A DNA stretch of 64,000 nucleotides from an uncultured Bacteroidia bacterium. Lineage in GTDB: Bacteria > UBA4055. The DNA is taken from assembly GCA_964648295.1 (NCBI GenBank), contig CAZYNH010000001.1, positions 197,180-261,179 of the forward strand, in the 5' to 3' direction. Both the position numbers and the translations under genes were made by a program. The notes beneath the pieces were generated by a model. That model did no database searches, had not been told where the DNA came from, and saw nothing but the letters and a program-made list of their open reading frames with translations. Below are positions 29,619 to 39,876 of this stretch, piece by piece. Numbering within the stretch: position 1 is the stretch's first letter; every line of letters begins with the position of its first letter.

Positions 29619-31592
29619 ATGAGCAATCTGAAAAAACTTATAGATACCAATTTTCTTGAATACGCCAACTATGTTGTGAAGGAAAGAGCTATTCCCGATC
29701 TCAAGGACGGGCTCAAGCCTGTTCAGCGCAGGGTTCTTTACTCGATGTTCAGAATGGATGACGGCCGCTTCAACAAGGTGGCCAACATTGTGGGTCACAC
29801 GATGCAGTTCCACCCGCACGGCGATGCGTCAATAGGAGACGCGCTTGTAGGTCTGGCGGCAAAGGACCTTTTCATCGAGACCCAGGGTAATTTCGGCAAC
29901 ATTATAACGGGCGACAACGCCGCCGCGCCGAGATATATAGAGGCGCGCCTGACCCCGCTGGCCAGAGAGGTCCTTTTCAACAGAGAGATAACGGTCTTCA
30001 CCGACTCGTACGACAGGAGGAACGAGGAACCCATATATTTTACCGCTAAACTACCAGTACTCCTTCTGCTGGGCGTCGAGGGGATCGCGGTTGGTATGGC
30101 GACGAAGATACTGCCGCACAATTTCAACGAAGTCCTGCAGGCCCAGATCGACTATCTTGAGGGAAGAGAGTTCTCTCTTTACCCGGATTTCATTCAGGGC
30201 GGCATCGTGGACGCGTCGGAATACGCCGACGGAAACGGACGGGTAAGGGTGCGTGCCGTGATCGAAGCGCCAACGGATAAAAAACTGGTAATAAAAGAGA
30301 TCCCGTTCGGAACGACGACGGAATCGCTGATAGCCTCGATAGAAAAGGCGTCGAAGTCCGGCAAGATCAAGATAGCGTCGATAAACGACTATACCACATC
30401 TGAGGTGGAGATAGAGATAAATCTGGCCAGAGGGTACAATTCGGAAGAAGCCATAGCGGCGCTCTACGCGTTCTCGGAATGCGAGAAAAGCATATCTGTT
30501 TCGCTCCTGGTCATAAAAGACAAGGTCCCTGTAATAACAACGGTAACGGATGTTGTTAAACAGACAACTGACGACCTTGTTTCATACCTTAAAAAAGAAC
30601 TCGAGATAAAGCTGGGTCAGCTGAACGAAAAACTTCTGGCCAGAACGCTGGCTCAGATATTTATAGAGCAGAGGATTTATAAAAAGATCGAGGAGCTGAA
30701 TAATTATACCATGATCCTTAATGTTGTAAAAGATTCGTTCCTGCCATATCAGGCTGAGCTTATACGGGAGGTAACTTACGACGATGTCGAAAAACTTCTT
30801 CAGCTTCCGATCAAGAAGATATCGAGATTCGATCTAGAAAAGAACAGAAAAGAGCTCAAAGAGATCGAAAAAGAGATAAAATCGGTCACAAAGAACCTGG
30901 GAAGGATAACAGGGTTCACAATAGACTTTATTAATGATTTGAAAAACAAATACGGCGAAAAACATCAGAGAAAAACCAGGATAGAAAGCATAGAGACGCT
31001 TCTGGCCAAAGACGCAGCTATCGAGAATATCAGACTTTATTATGACAGAGCGAACGGATATCTCGGCACGAACATAAAGTCGGAAGAGTATATAATGGTA
31101 AGCGAGTTCTCCCACGTTCTTCTCATGTTCAAGAACGGGATGCATAAGGTCGTCAAGGTCCACGAAAAGGAGTTTATCGGCAGGGGCCTTCAGTACTTCG
31201 ATGTGGCGGACAGGATACAGGGAGCTACCTTTTCAATAATATACCGCGACAGAAAAACGAACTGGTGCTATATTAAGAGGTTTAACGAGATAAAGTATAT
31301 TCTCGATAAGGAGTACAGGTATTATCCGGAAGGATGCAGGCTGGAGTACTTCACGAAAAGGACGGATCTGCATTTTACCTGCGAACTTGAGGCTACAAAG
31401 AAGATGAGGAATTTTACAGCCGAGTTCGATCTGCAGGAGTACAAGGTGAAAGGATTATCGGCGGGCGGCGTGAGGATAACTAACAGGAATATAATGAAGA
31501 TCCGGGCCGAAAAGAACGGTGGCGAAGAGAAAAACGAGGTGAGGATACAGTCCGACCTTTTTGAACAGACAGATGAAGGGGAATCAAAATAA
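29619..31592 (+). CDS. DNA gyrase / topoisomerase IV subunit A family protein, short form (657 aa)
   Basis: N-terminal breakage-reunion domain motifs (KPVQRRVLYSM, FHPHGDASIGDALV, AAPRYIEARL with the catalytic Tyr). The protein is too short for a canonical beta-pinwheel C-terminal domain. Confidence 0.75.
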   Translation: MSNLKKLIDTNFLEYANYVVKERAIPDLKDGLKPVQRRVLYSMFRMDDGRFNKVANIVGHTMQFHPHGDASIGDALVGLAAKDLFIETQGNFGNIITGDNAAAPRYIEARLTPLAREVLFNREITVFTDSYDRRNEEPIYFTAKLPVLLLLGVEGIAVGMATKILPHNFNEVLQAQIDYLEGREFSLYPDFIQGGIVDASEYADGNGRVRVRAVIEAPTDKKLVIKEIPFGTTTESLIASIEKASKSGKIKIASINDYTTSEVEIEINLARGYNSEEAIAALYAFSECEKSISVSLLVIKDKVPVITTVTDVVKQTTDDLVSYLKKELEIKLGQLNEKLLARTLAQIFIEQRIYKKIEELNNYTMILNVVKDSFLPYQAELIREVTYDDVEKLLQLPIKKISRFDLEKNRKELKEIEKEIKSVTKNLGRITGFTIDFINDLKNKYGEKHQRKTRIESIETLLAKDAAIENIRLYYDRANGYLGTNIKSEEYIMVSEFSHVLLMFKNGMHKVVKVHEKEFIGRGLQYFDVADRIQGATFSIIYRDRKTNWCYIKRFNEIKYILDKEYRYYPEGCRLEYFTKRTDLHFTCELEATKKMRNFTAEFDLQEYKVKGLSAGGVRITNRNIMKIRAEKNGGEEKNEVRIQSDLFEQTDEGESK

Positions 31593-31605
31593 ACGGGGGT
31601 GTTCT

Positions 31606-33111
31606 ATGAAAAAAATATTAATTCCGGCCATACTTGCGGCAGTGTTCTGCGTCTTCGCGCAGTCAGAGTTCGATGAGTTGGATGATTTTGGTTCATCTTC
31701 AGGTCAGCCGGAAATATTTGACGAACAGGACGCGGCGGAGCAGAAAATTTTGACGGATGTAAAAGCCGACGGTCTTTCAGCCAAACTTCCCGGGTTTATG
31801 GAGAACATCTTTGACGGCAGAAATGTTAATGTGGAAGAGATGCTTGGAGGGGACGACCCGGAGATAAAAGGGTATATATCGAACCTGCAGCAGTCCCCTT
31901 TTAATGAAAATATTATCTCATTCGAGGTCGCAACGGCCCAAAGTCCTGCGGTCAGGCTTTTTCTTTATAATATCGAGTCTCAGTTCCTGGTGCAGGTATC
32001 GTCAATTGAAGACTACGAGGATATGATCGGCATGGTGCCCTACCCGGTTAAAGACAAGGGTGTAAGCTGGCATCCGTCAAAAAACTGGTTCGTATTTTAC
32101 TCCAACGGGAACGACAACAGAGAGCAGATATTTATTGCTGAGATAAGAGATCCCTATTTTATGGAGGAATCTCCTGTTACAGTAAGGAAACTTGATTTGC
32201 GGGAGCAGAAGAAGACCGTTAATCACTGTATGTATCCGGATTTCAACTCAAGCGGCGACGATGTTTATTTTACCGTAAGGATAGAAAAGGAGAACAAGAA
32301 AGAGAAGTTCAATAAATATAATAATATCGCTGTGGTCCAGAATGTTTTTCAATACGAGGCGGACGGATTCAAAGGCGTGAAGTATGAAGTGCTGTTCGAC
32401 AGGAAATTCGATCAGATAAGGCCGGTATGTTCTCCCGCAGATCCGGATATGATCGCTTTTATAAGTTTTAAAAAGGATTATAAGGAAAATTTCGGATATG
32501 CCGATTACGCGATCGTTGCACACAACAGAAAATCCGGCGCTACGGCCATAGTGGACAACCTGACAGGTTACAGGGAATATCCTTTCCAGTGGAGCCCGTC
32601 AGGTAAAAGGATCTATTACTGCGCCGCTCTTTCAATATCAAAAACCCCTAGCAGTTTCAAAGAAAAAAGGATGAACATAATAAACCTTCAGGTCGCGGAT
32701 GTTCTCCATTCGGGCGGCAAATTCAGGACAAGGATACTCCAGAACGAAAGTTCCCCTTTCATAATCGGTGATGTGGCCACAAAGGACAGGGGTATCGCTT
32801 TTGTGAACGACGATCTGCTCCTTATGGCAAAGTATGACCCTTATGAATCTATATTCCTTGTCGATATAAATAAATGGCAGAAGAACGACGGATTTTACAT
32901 TAAGCAGCTTCCGATACCTGACGACAACGATTATCCGGTCGTGGGAAAGACATCATTTATCTTTCTGAAATACCAGTATTTCAATATGCCTGATAATACG
33001 ATCAGAACGGTCAGTACGGTAAATAAGATACTGTACGAACCGAAGATAGACGAGGAAGCCCTGAAGGCCAAAAAGGAAAGAAGGGAGAAGAAGAAAAAGG
33101 ACAAAAAATAG
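31606..33111 (+). CDS. secreted hypothetical protein, possibly PD40/WD40-like beta-propeller, with a Lys-rich C-terminus
   Basis: Signal peptide MKKILIPAILAAVFCVFAQS. A long soluble ORF. The function call is weak. Confidence 0.45.
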   Translation: MKKILIPAILAAVFCVFAQSEFDELDDFGSSSGQPEIFDEQDAAEQKILTDVKADGLSAKLPGFMENIFDGRNVNVEEMLGGDDPEIKGYISNLQQSPFNENIISFEVATAQSPAVRLFLYNIESQFLVQVSSIEDYEDMIGMVPYPVKDKGVSWHPSKNWFVFYSNGNDNREQIFIAEIRDPYFMEESPVTVRKLDLREQKKTVNHCMYPDFNSSGDDVYFTVRIEKENKKEKFNKYNNIAVVQNVFQYEADGFKGVKYEVLFDRKFDQIRPVCSPADPDMIAFISFKKDYKENFGYADYAIVAHNRKSGATAIVDNLTGYREYPFQWSPSGKRIYYCAALSISKTPSSFKEKRMNIINLQVADVLHSGGKFRTRILQNESSPFIIGDVATKDRGIAFVNDDLLLMAKYDPYESIFLVDINKWQKNDGFYIKQLPIPDDNDYPVVGKTSFIFLKYQYFNMPDNTIRTVSTVNKILYEPKIDEEALKAKKERREKKKKDKK

Positions 33112-33125
33112 TTTCGGGAAATTTT

Positions 33126-33638
33126 CTAATGTCCTTCGCCGTAAAGCATTTTGAACAGATGATCTATCGTTAAAAGTATTTCGTTCATATATTCCTCGAC
33201 CGCCTTTGTGCTTCCGGGCAGGCAGTATATGACCATTTTCTGCTTTATTGCCGCTACGCTTCTGCTCAAAAGCGCGTTGGGATTAACTGACCCGTATTTG
33301 ATCCTGATGTGATCCATTATTCCCGGAAGAAGTTTATCGGCGAAAGAGGTTACGGCTTCCGGGGTAATGTCCCGCGGTCCGATGCCCGTTCCGCCTGTGG
33401 TGAAGACGGCGTCTGCGCCTTCAGATTCCGCGTTTTTAAGCGCTTTTAAAAGGAGATTCTTATCGTCAGGTATGACCTCTATTGAAATTTCAGGTTTTCT
33501 CTTTGAAAGCGCATAATGTTCCAGAAGCCTTTCTAAGATCAGCGGGCCGCTTTTGTCTTTATAAACGCCCATATATGCCCTGTCGCTTAAAGTGATTATT
33601 TTTATTTTTTCAGGCTTGATCATAATATTTAACCTCAT
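33126..33638 (-). CDS. mog: molybdenum cofactor biosynthesis protein MogA/MoaB (molybdopterin adenylyltransferase family)
   Basis: The TTGGTG motif. Size of about 170 aa. Position in the Moco operon. Confidence 0.85.
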   Translation of the reverse strand: MRLNIMIKPEKIKIITLSDRAYMGVYKDKSGPLILERLLEHYALSKRKPEISIEVIPDDKNLLLKALKNAESEGADAVFTTGGTGIGPRDITPEAVTSFADKLLPGIMDHIRIKYGSVNPNALLSRSVAAIKQKMVIYCLPGSTKAVEEYMNEILLTIDHLFKMLYGEGH

Positions 33639-34059
33639 CCCCTGTCTTTATTTTACCTCCGCTTATCACTTTTGAGAAGAGGCCGATCTTAGGCATAATG
33701 CACTTTCCCACAGCTCTGAATATCGTGCAGCCGTCGCCGTGACACTCTTTGCCTATCTGGGTGATCTCGAGCCCGACATCTCCGATCTTCACTCTTTCGC
33801 CGATCTTCGCGCAGCCCAGGTTTATACCTTCAATAAGAAGGTTCTCGCCGAAAGCACCGTCCTCAATTTTTACATGCGGATTGGCGGTCTTGAATTTAAC
33901 GACCTCGTCATACGACAGAAGGCTGATCTGCCTGTGCCAGTCGCCGGCGTGGGCGTCGCCCTTAATGCCTTTTCCGTCAATTTCCGCGGATAATACGGAG
34001 TGTTTTTCCGTTCCTTTTTTTTCAGAAATACATATAGCTTTTAATTTTCCATTCTGCAT
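33610..34059 (-). CDS. MOSC domain protein (YiiM-like)
   Basis: MOSC-like beta-barrel sequence with conserved Cys. The likely start is MQNGKLKAICIS; the ORF track extends to 34131. Confidence 0.65.
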   Translation of the reverse strand: MQNGKLKAICISEKKGTEKHSVLSAEIDGKGIKGDAHAGDWHRQISLLSYDEVVKFKTANPHVKIEDGAFGENLLIEGINLGCAKIGERVKIGDVGLEITQIGKECHGDGCTIFRAVGKCIMPKIGLFSKVISGGKIKTGDEVKYYDQA

Positions 34060-34508
34060 TGCATTTTTTCCTTTGTTTTTTTTACGAGCCTGACTTCTGA
34101 AATGACCATTTTTTTGTCCACCGCCTTGCACATGTCGTATATGGTCAGAAGAGCGACAGTTACAGCGGTCAGAGCCTCCATTTCGATCCCGGTCTTACCT
34201 ATGCATTTAGCAAAGCTTTTAACGATAACGCCGTCTTTAGTAAGCTCGGTCGTCACATCGAGCTTGGTGATATTTAGAGGATGGCATAGAGGTATGAGTT
34301 CGGAAGTTCTCTTTCCGCCCATAATTCCCGCGATCTGAGCCGCGGTCAGCACATCACCTTTTTTGTTCCTGTTCTCAATGATCAGCTCAAGTGCCAGGGT
34401 GCTCATTTTTATCTTGCCCTTAGCCTCGGCCGTCCTTATCATGTCGGGTTTGTCGCAGACATCGACCATGTTCGCCCTGCCCTGTTCGTCAACATGCGAA
34501 AATTTCAT
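34041..34508 (-). CDS. moaC: cyclic pyranopterin monophosphate synthase accessory protein MoaC
   Basis: MVDVCDKP...TAEA and LTAAQIAGIMGGKRTSELIPLCHPL motifs. Confidence 0.9.
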   Translation of the reverse strand: MKFSHVDEQGRANMVDVCDKPDMIRTAEAKGKIKMSTLALELIIENRNKKGDVLTAAQIAGIMGGKRTSELIPLCHPLNITKLDVTTELTKDGVIVKSFAKCIGKTGIEMEALTAVTVALLTIYDMCKAVDKKMVISEVRLVKKTKEKMQCRMEN

Positions 34509-34510
34509 TT

Positions 34511-35311
34511 CTATCCTCCCACATTGTAAAATTCATGAGACCTGCTTAAAGTGCCTTTCCGCGGCTTTGACTCAACAGCAAGCCTGATCGCTTCGCATGC
34601 GCCGTACTGTCTGACGGAAAATCCGATGTCCGAGAACAGGCAGGGCAGGACATCCCCTTTCGCAGAAAGCCTGATCCTGTTGCAGATAGAGCAGTCGCCG
34701 CCGGTCCCGCCGTCAACTATCCAGAACTCGCCGCCGTCAAGGTCCATTGTGCGTATAAAGCGGACATCAAGTTTTTTCTCCTGTGCATAAGCCGCTACCC
34801 CCTGCGCGTCAGGCTCGTTTCTGTCTTTCTGCACGACGCAGTTGAGCTTGATCCTGTCGAAACCGCACCTTATCGCTTCGTCGATCCCTTCCAGAACGGC
34901 AGGCAGTTCGTCCCTTCTCGTAATCTCTTTAAATCTCTCCCTGTCAACGGAATCCAGGCTTATATTGAGCCTCTGCAGGCCGGCTTCGCGGAGAGGTTTC
35001 GCGAACTGCTTCAAAAGCACGGCGTTAGTCGTCATGGAAAGGTCTTGAACGCCTTCGATATTCCATATCATCCTCATAAGATCGACGATGCCCTTTCTTA
35101 CAAGAGGCTCGCCGCCCGTCAATCTCACTTTGTTTATGCCCATCGAAACCGCGCATTTAACAAAATCGGCGATCTCCTCGAAGCTCAAAAGGTCGGAATG
35201 GTTTAAGCACTCAACCCCGTCTTCCGGCATGCAGTAAGTACATCTTAAGTTGCATCTGTCGGTAACTGAAATTCTAAGGTATGTTATATTGCGGCCGAAC
35301 CTGTCTTTCAT
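34511..35311 (-). CDS. moaA: GTP 3',8-cyclase MoaA (short form)
   Basis: An LRISVTDRCNLRCTYCMPE radical-SAM cluster and a C-terminal auxiliary Cys cluster (CSICNRIRLSAKG). Confidence 0.85.
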   Translation of the reverse strand: MKDRFGRNITYLRISVTDRCNLRCTYCMPEDGVECLNHSDLLSFEEIADFVKCAVSMGINKVRLTGGEPLVRKGIVDLMRMIWNIEGVQDLSMTTNAVLLKQFAKPLREAGLQRLNISLDSVDRERFKEITRRDELPAVLEGIDEAIRCGFDRIKLNCVVQKDRNEPDAQGVAAYAQEKKLDVRFIRTMDLDGGEFWIVDGGTGGDCSICNRIRLSAKGDVLPCLFSDIGFSVRQYGACEAIRLAVESKPRKGTLSRSHEFYNVGG

Positions 35312-35351
35312 GAGTGTAATTTACGAAAAAAAACGCGTTAAAGCAAACCTG

Positions 35352-38300
35352 TTAATCGGTCAAAAATTTTACTCCGATCGTATTGTCGTCCCGTTTTCTG
35401 TCAATTAGAAGGACAGACGGGTCGATCCCGGCTTTTTCGGGTTTTTGATCCGTCATCATCTCGAATGTGGCGGAATCTGTATCTATAAGGTATTTCTTCA
35501 TATATATCGGCTCGTCGTCCTTGTCCAGAAGCCCGATGCTGAAATAATCTTTTTTCGGTATTTTGCTTTCGTTGCCCAGAGAGTCCACCCTGAATTTTTC
35601 AGATGAAACTGTCAGTCTGGTCAGGTATTTTCCGTCCCCGTTTTTTCTGCATTCGGCAGAAAGCGCTTTATTGTCATAGACTATAATGTCTTCGAACATA
35701 TCATTCACAAGGTATCTGAGGCTGTCCGGGGTGACGGAAATGAGATACGGGATAAGCTCGATCGAGACAGGGTATGGTCCGGATGCATAACTTTTGTCCC
35801 TCACGAACCTTTTCAGGGCGGCGGAAAGGCTGTCGGTACTGATATAGTCGTCAAGCGCGGCCATCGCCATTATACCCTTATAATAATGCAGATAGCCCTG
35901 ATTCTCATTCTGCGTGAGGGAGAGTTCTTTTCTGCTTTCGGTCTTTCTGCCGGACAGATAGCTGTCGAGAGCGTATTTCAAGTATGTGCGTATCTCTTTT
36001 GCGGATGATATCCGCTTCAGGACGAGATATGACGAGTACTGGGCCGGCACCTCGGTCAGCAGAGTCGCGCCGCGGGTGTTCGCGCTTATCACCTGATGCG
36101 CCCACCACTGGTGGCCGATCTCGTGCGCGGTAATATCCGCGAGATAATCCACGCCTTTTTCGCTCTTGCCTTTCATGTCTATTATGAACCCGAGGTTTTC
36201 CGAAAAAGGAATGGTCGTCGCGAAAGACTGCGCGAAACCCCCGAGCGGGAATTCGACGATTCGGAGAACGGGGAACTGGAACGGCCCGAAACTTTCGGCG
36301 AAGGTCATAAGGGACAGTTTCATCATTTCGAGTATATGGTCAACATTATAGGCGTGGCCGGGGTGGTAATAGACCTCGAGCCCGATCCCGTTCCATTCGG
36401 TCCTTTTAACATCGTATCTTGCTGAATTGAAGCTGAAGAAGTTCAGTATCTTCCTGTCCGACCTGTATTTAAAATAATTTCTGCCGTTCTCCGTCCATTT
36501 TTCGACAAGCCTTCCCGGAGCGGTCGCCGTCTGGTCCGATGATGTCGAAACCACAGCCTCAAGTTTAGTCCACGAGGCGTTCCCCACATAATTCCTGTTC
36601 ACTTCGTATTCGTCGTTCATAGAAGCCATTCTTTCTTTGTCGGGGAGGCCTTGTTTTTTCCTCTTGTATTCGTCCGCGAGCTCAAGATCCGATGAATAAC
36701 CGATGATCGGGAAATATGAGAAATTGTTGATGAATGTGCCGTTGTAGATAGCGCCCCCGCCCGAAAAACCTCTCGCCGAATGGTCCATGTAAAAATCCAT
36801 TCTGAGGCTGTCGCCCGGAAGCAGAGGGTCGGCTAAAGCGTAAATATAATAGGGAATGTATGCGCAGCTGTCGCTTAAGGATGCCGGAACCGAGAACGAG
36901 AATCTGCGCGGAACCCTTTTTTCTGAAAGAACATGTATCTCTCTGATCTCTTCGGTATTATTGTTCTTAAGGATGTATGCCCCCTCGACCTGCACCGATC
37001 TTTCAGAAGGGAAAATATCGACTTTGACTTTTACATCGCAGACCTGGGGCTGAGGAATTCTTTCGAACCGCTTATAATCTTTTTCGTAATTGACCGAAGC
37101 GATCTCGTCATCGGCGTTCGTCCTGTACTCGTCAAGGATATTCGTGTTATAAAAGATGTATATTCCGAAAAATGCAAAAACTGCAAAAGATCCCGCGAAA
37201 CCGGCCGCCGCAGAGGGAGAGAAATTTTGTTTCAAAGATAACATCCTCGATCTGAAGCCCGTTCCCGCATCTCTCACCCACATCATTTTCGCGAAGATAA
37301 GGAGAATGGCCGTGAAAGAGAAGTAGTATATCGTCATAACGAAAAATTTCCCCGTATATCCGAATCCGTTAATGTCCGAGTATGTGTTGTCGAAACTCCC
37401 GAAGGTGTAGAGCGGATGATGAAGGTCGAACGCACCCATGAACATTTGAACGAGATAGTACAGAATGACCAGCATATAGCCGATGTACTTGTGGTTCGCA
37501 AGAACATGGATGAAGAATGACAGAAATGTTAAAAGCACCAAAAATGCCGCGGAATAAATGAAGAAATAGCTGAAATATACGCCAAGTTCGTAATTGAAGT
37601 AGCCTTTTAAGGTCTGAATGATGATCCCGAAAGCGATGTTCGACGCGAGAAAGAAATATATCATCAGCACAAGAGATGAGAGTTTGGATAAGAACAGCGT
37701 CAGAGTCGAAACCGGATACGAATTTATGATGCCGTCGTATTTCCTGTCCCTTTCGCGCCATATCACCTCTCCCGAATATATTGTGATCACCGCCAGAATG
37801 AAAACCACCGAATTCCCGTAGAGATTTTTCATTACAAGAGATGTGACAGGAAGCACGGTCGTCTCGTACATCTCGCCCATCCATTTCGCGTTGATCAGCG
37901 TCTGCACGAACCAGAAGGCGTAGAGCCCGATGAACGGCCCGCTCTTTATTATATGAATGAAATTATCGTAAGTGAGGCTGAAATATTTAGCAAGTTCCGC
38001 CCTGAAACCTTTCTTTATCACAGGAGTCGGTACCGGGGACGCAGGCACGGCTTTGATATCGGACTGAGCTGTTTTTTTTGAGGAAACCGTCATCACCGAA
38101 AAGCTGAATTTTCTGTATGCGGCCAAAAAGCAGATCACCGCGAGAGAAGAGTAAAGTATCCTGTTATACAGAAATATGCCCGAAAAGGGGATGAGTTTCG
38201 TGTTCTGTTCCGCAATTGTCCAGTATTTCGAGACATGATCAAGTGTGAACATCCCGAACGGGTCAATGAGCGCGACGAGATATTTGTACTCGAGAGGTAC

Positions 38301-38909
38301 TTTGATCTCGGTCATTATCGCGTAGGTCATGATGAGCATGATGGCGGTTATCATCAGGTTGAGGGTGCTCCTGAACCACAGCGAGACCGCGGTCATAAGC
38401 GTCAGCGCGAAAGCCAGATACGGCAGCGTCGAGGTCAGGAACGGATATATATAATTAATGAACGAATTGGGCGCGAACTTCAACGGATCGACCCAGGGAC
38501 ATACGGCGGCGAGGTATGTTCCTAAAAGCGATGCGGACATTATGTAAACCAGCACCGAGAAGCTTCCCGCGAGCCTTCCGAGGATGAACCCGCCTTTTTT
38601 GAGCGGCAGTGTGTAGAACCACTGGTGCGTTCCGTTCTCGTAGTCCCTGTTTATCGACCTCGCGGCGATGGCGGCGACGAAGATGATGCCGATGTACCCG
38701 AACGCGGTGATCACGGAGTGCAGGTAGTACGGGGAGTTTATCATCACTCTGTCTGACGAGTTCGAGAAATGCACGGAAACGCCGGTGAACGTCCCTCCCG
38801 CGCCTAAAGTGGCGAGGAACGCAAGGGCGAACATTATGCCGAAATATATGTGTGTCGATGCGAGCCTGAACTGGTATCTGAGCTCGTACCGGAAGATCTT
38901 ATAGAACAT
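35352..38909 (-). CDS. fused ABC-2-type transporter permease / M1 family (aminopeptidase N-like) metallopeptidase
   Basis: About 12 TM helices in the N-terminal half. The C-terminal part carries a gluzincin HEIGHQWW...TEVPAQY (HExxH + E) motif. Immediately downstream of an ABC ATPase gene. Confidence 0.8.
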   Translation of the reverse strand: MFYKIFRYELRYQFRLASTHIYFGIMFALAFLATLGAGGTFTGVSVHFSNSSDRVMINSPYYLHSVITAFGYIGIIFVAAIAARSINRDYENGTHQWFYTLPLKKGGFILGRLAGSFSVLVYIMSASLLGTYLAAVCPWVDPLKFAPNSFINYIYPFLTSTLPYLAFALTLMTAVSLWFRSTLNLMITAIMLIMTYAIMTEIKVPLEYKYLVALIDPFGMFTLDHVSKYWTIAEQNTKLIPFSGIFLYNRILYSSLAVICFLAAYRKFSFSVMTVSSKKTAQSDIKAVPASPVPTPVIKKGFRAELAKYFSLTYDNFIHIIKSGPFIGLYAFWFVQTLINAKWMGEMYETTVLPVTSLVMKNLYGNSVVFILAVITIYSGEVIWRERDRKYDGIINSYPVSTLTLFLSKLSSLVLMIYFFLASNIAFGIIIQTLKGYFNYELGVYFSYFFIYSAAFLVLLTFLSFFIHVLANHKYIGYMLVILYYLVQMFMGAFDLHHPLYTFGSFDNTYSDINGFGYTGKFFVMTIYYFSFTAILLIFAKMMWVRDAGTGFRSRMLSLKQNFSPSAAAGFAGSFAVFAFFGIYIFYNTNILDEYRTNADDEIASVNYEKDYKRFERIPQPQVCDVKVKVDIFPSERSVQVEGAYILKNNNTEEIREIHVLSEKRVPRRFSFSVPASLSDSCAYIPYYIYALADPLLPGDSLRMDFYMDHSARGFSGGGAIYNGTFINNFSYFPIIGYSSDLELADEYKRKKQGLPDKERMASMNDEYEVNRNYVGNASWTKLEAVVSTSSDQTATAPGRLVEKWTENGRNYFKYRSDRKILNFFSFNSARYDVKRTEWNGIGLEVYYHPGHAYNVDHILEMMKLSLMTFAESFGPFQFPVLRIVEFPLGGFAQSFATTIPFSENLGFIIDMKGKSEKGVDYLADITAHEIGHQWWAHQVISANTRGATLLTEVPAQYSSYLVLKRISSAKEIRTYLKYALDSYLSGRKTESRKELSLTQNENQGYLHYYKGIMAMAALDDYISTDSLSAALKRFVRDKSYASGPYPVSIELIPYLISVTPDSLRYLVNDMFEDIIVYDNKALSAECRKNGDGKYLTRLTVSSEKFRVDSLGNESKIPKKDYFSIGLLDKDDEPIYMKKYLIDTDSATFEMMTDQKPEKAGIDPSVLLIDRKRDDNTIGVKFLTD

Positions 38910-39797
38910 TTACGCCTCCGCCCCGTTTCCGTTCTTGGTGTAGTAGAAATAGACGTCCTCGAGATCGGGCCTGACCGGTACGAACTGTCCGTCCGGATCC
39001 TGGGCCGAATATATTCTGATGTATGTCTTTCCGCCGAACAGTCTCGTTGAAAGGACTTTATGTTTGCTTTTATAGCTGTCGAGGTCTGATTTCTGTATCT
39101 CTTTTTCGTAAACCTTTCCCTCAAGCGTCTTTACGGCGGCGGAAGGATCCGTCTGAAGAAGTACCTCGCCGTTGTGGATGACCGCCATCGCCGAACAGAG
39201 GTCGGACACGTCGTCTACTATGTGGGTGGAAAGGATCACGACGTGCTCTTCGCCGATCTCGGAGAGAAGGTTGTGGAACCTGTTGCGTTCTTCCGGGTCG
39301 AGTCCGGCGGTCGGCTCGTCAACTATCAATAGCGAAGGCTTACCCAATAGCGCCTGCGCGATCCCGAACCTCTGCTTCATACCTCCGGAGAAAGTTCCGA
39401 GCTTTTTCTTCCTGTGCTGCCAGAGGTTCGTCTGGACAAGCAGAGCTTCGACCGTCGCCTTCCTGTTCATGTTGTCCGTCAGTCCCTTCAGGATCGCGAT
39501 GTGGTCTAAAAAATCCTCCGCCGTCACTTTCGGGTCCAGGCTGAACTCCTGCGGAAGGTAGCCGAGCATCTCCCTCACTCTGTCCTTTTCGGTCAGCACG
39601 TCGATGCCGTCTAAAAATACGCTCCCTTCGTCCGCGTCCTGCAGAGTCGCTATAGTTCTCATTAAGGTCGATTTGCCCGCGCCGTTGGGTCCTAAGAGCC
39701 CGAACATGCCGTTGGATATCTCAAGGTCAACGTTCTTAAGCGCCTTCACCCCGTTCGGGTAGGTCTTGGAAAGGTTCTTCACCGTAAGTTTCATCAT
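38910..39797 (-). CDS. ABC transporter ATP-binding protein
   Basis: Walker A (GPNGAGKST), signature LSGGMKQR and Walker B LLIVDEPT motifs. Confidence 0.9.
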   Translation of the reverse strand: MMKLTVKNLSKTYPNGVKALKNVDLEISNGMFGLLGPNGAGKSTLMRTIATLQDADEGSVFLDGIDVLTEKDRVREMLGYLPQEFSLDPKVTAEDFLDHIAILKGLTDNMNRKATVEALLVQTNLWQHRKKKLGTFSGGMKQRFGIAQALLGKPSLLIVDEPTAGLDPEERNRFHNLLSEIGEEHVVILSTHIVDDVSDLCSAMAVIHNGEVLLQTDPSAAVKTLEGKVYEKEIQKSDLDSYKSKHKVLSTRLFGGKTYIRIYSAQDPDGQFVPVRPDLEDVYFYYTKNGNGAEA

Positions 39798-39876
39798 ATC
39801 CTCTAAAATTATTAAATTTCAATACTTAGACAGAGAATTTACGGAAAAGTTGTCATAAAGATGAGTTTGATATCTA

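Noticed and set aside
29321-29659. 112-aa Arg-rich ORF inside pyrF
   Set aside because: It is an alternative-frame artefact within a conserved gene.
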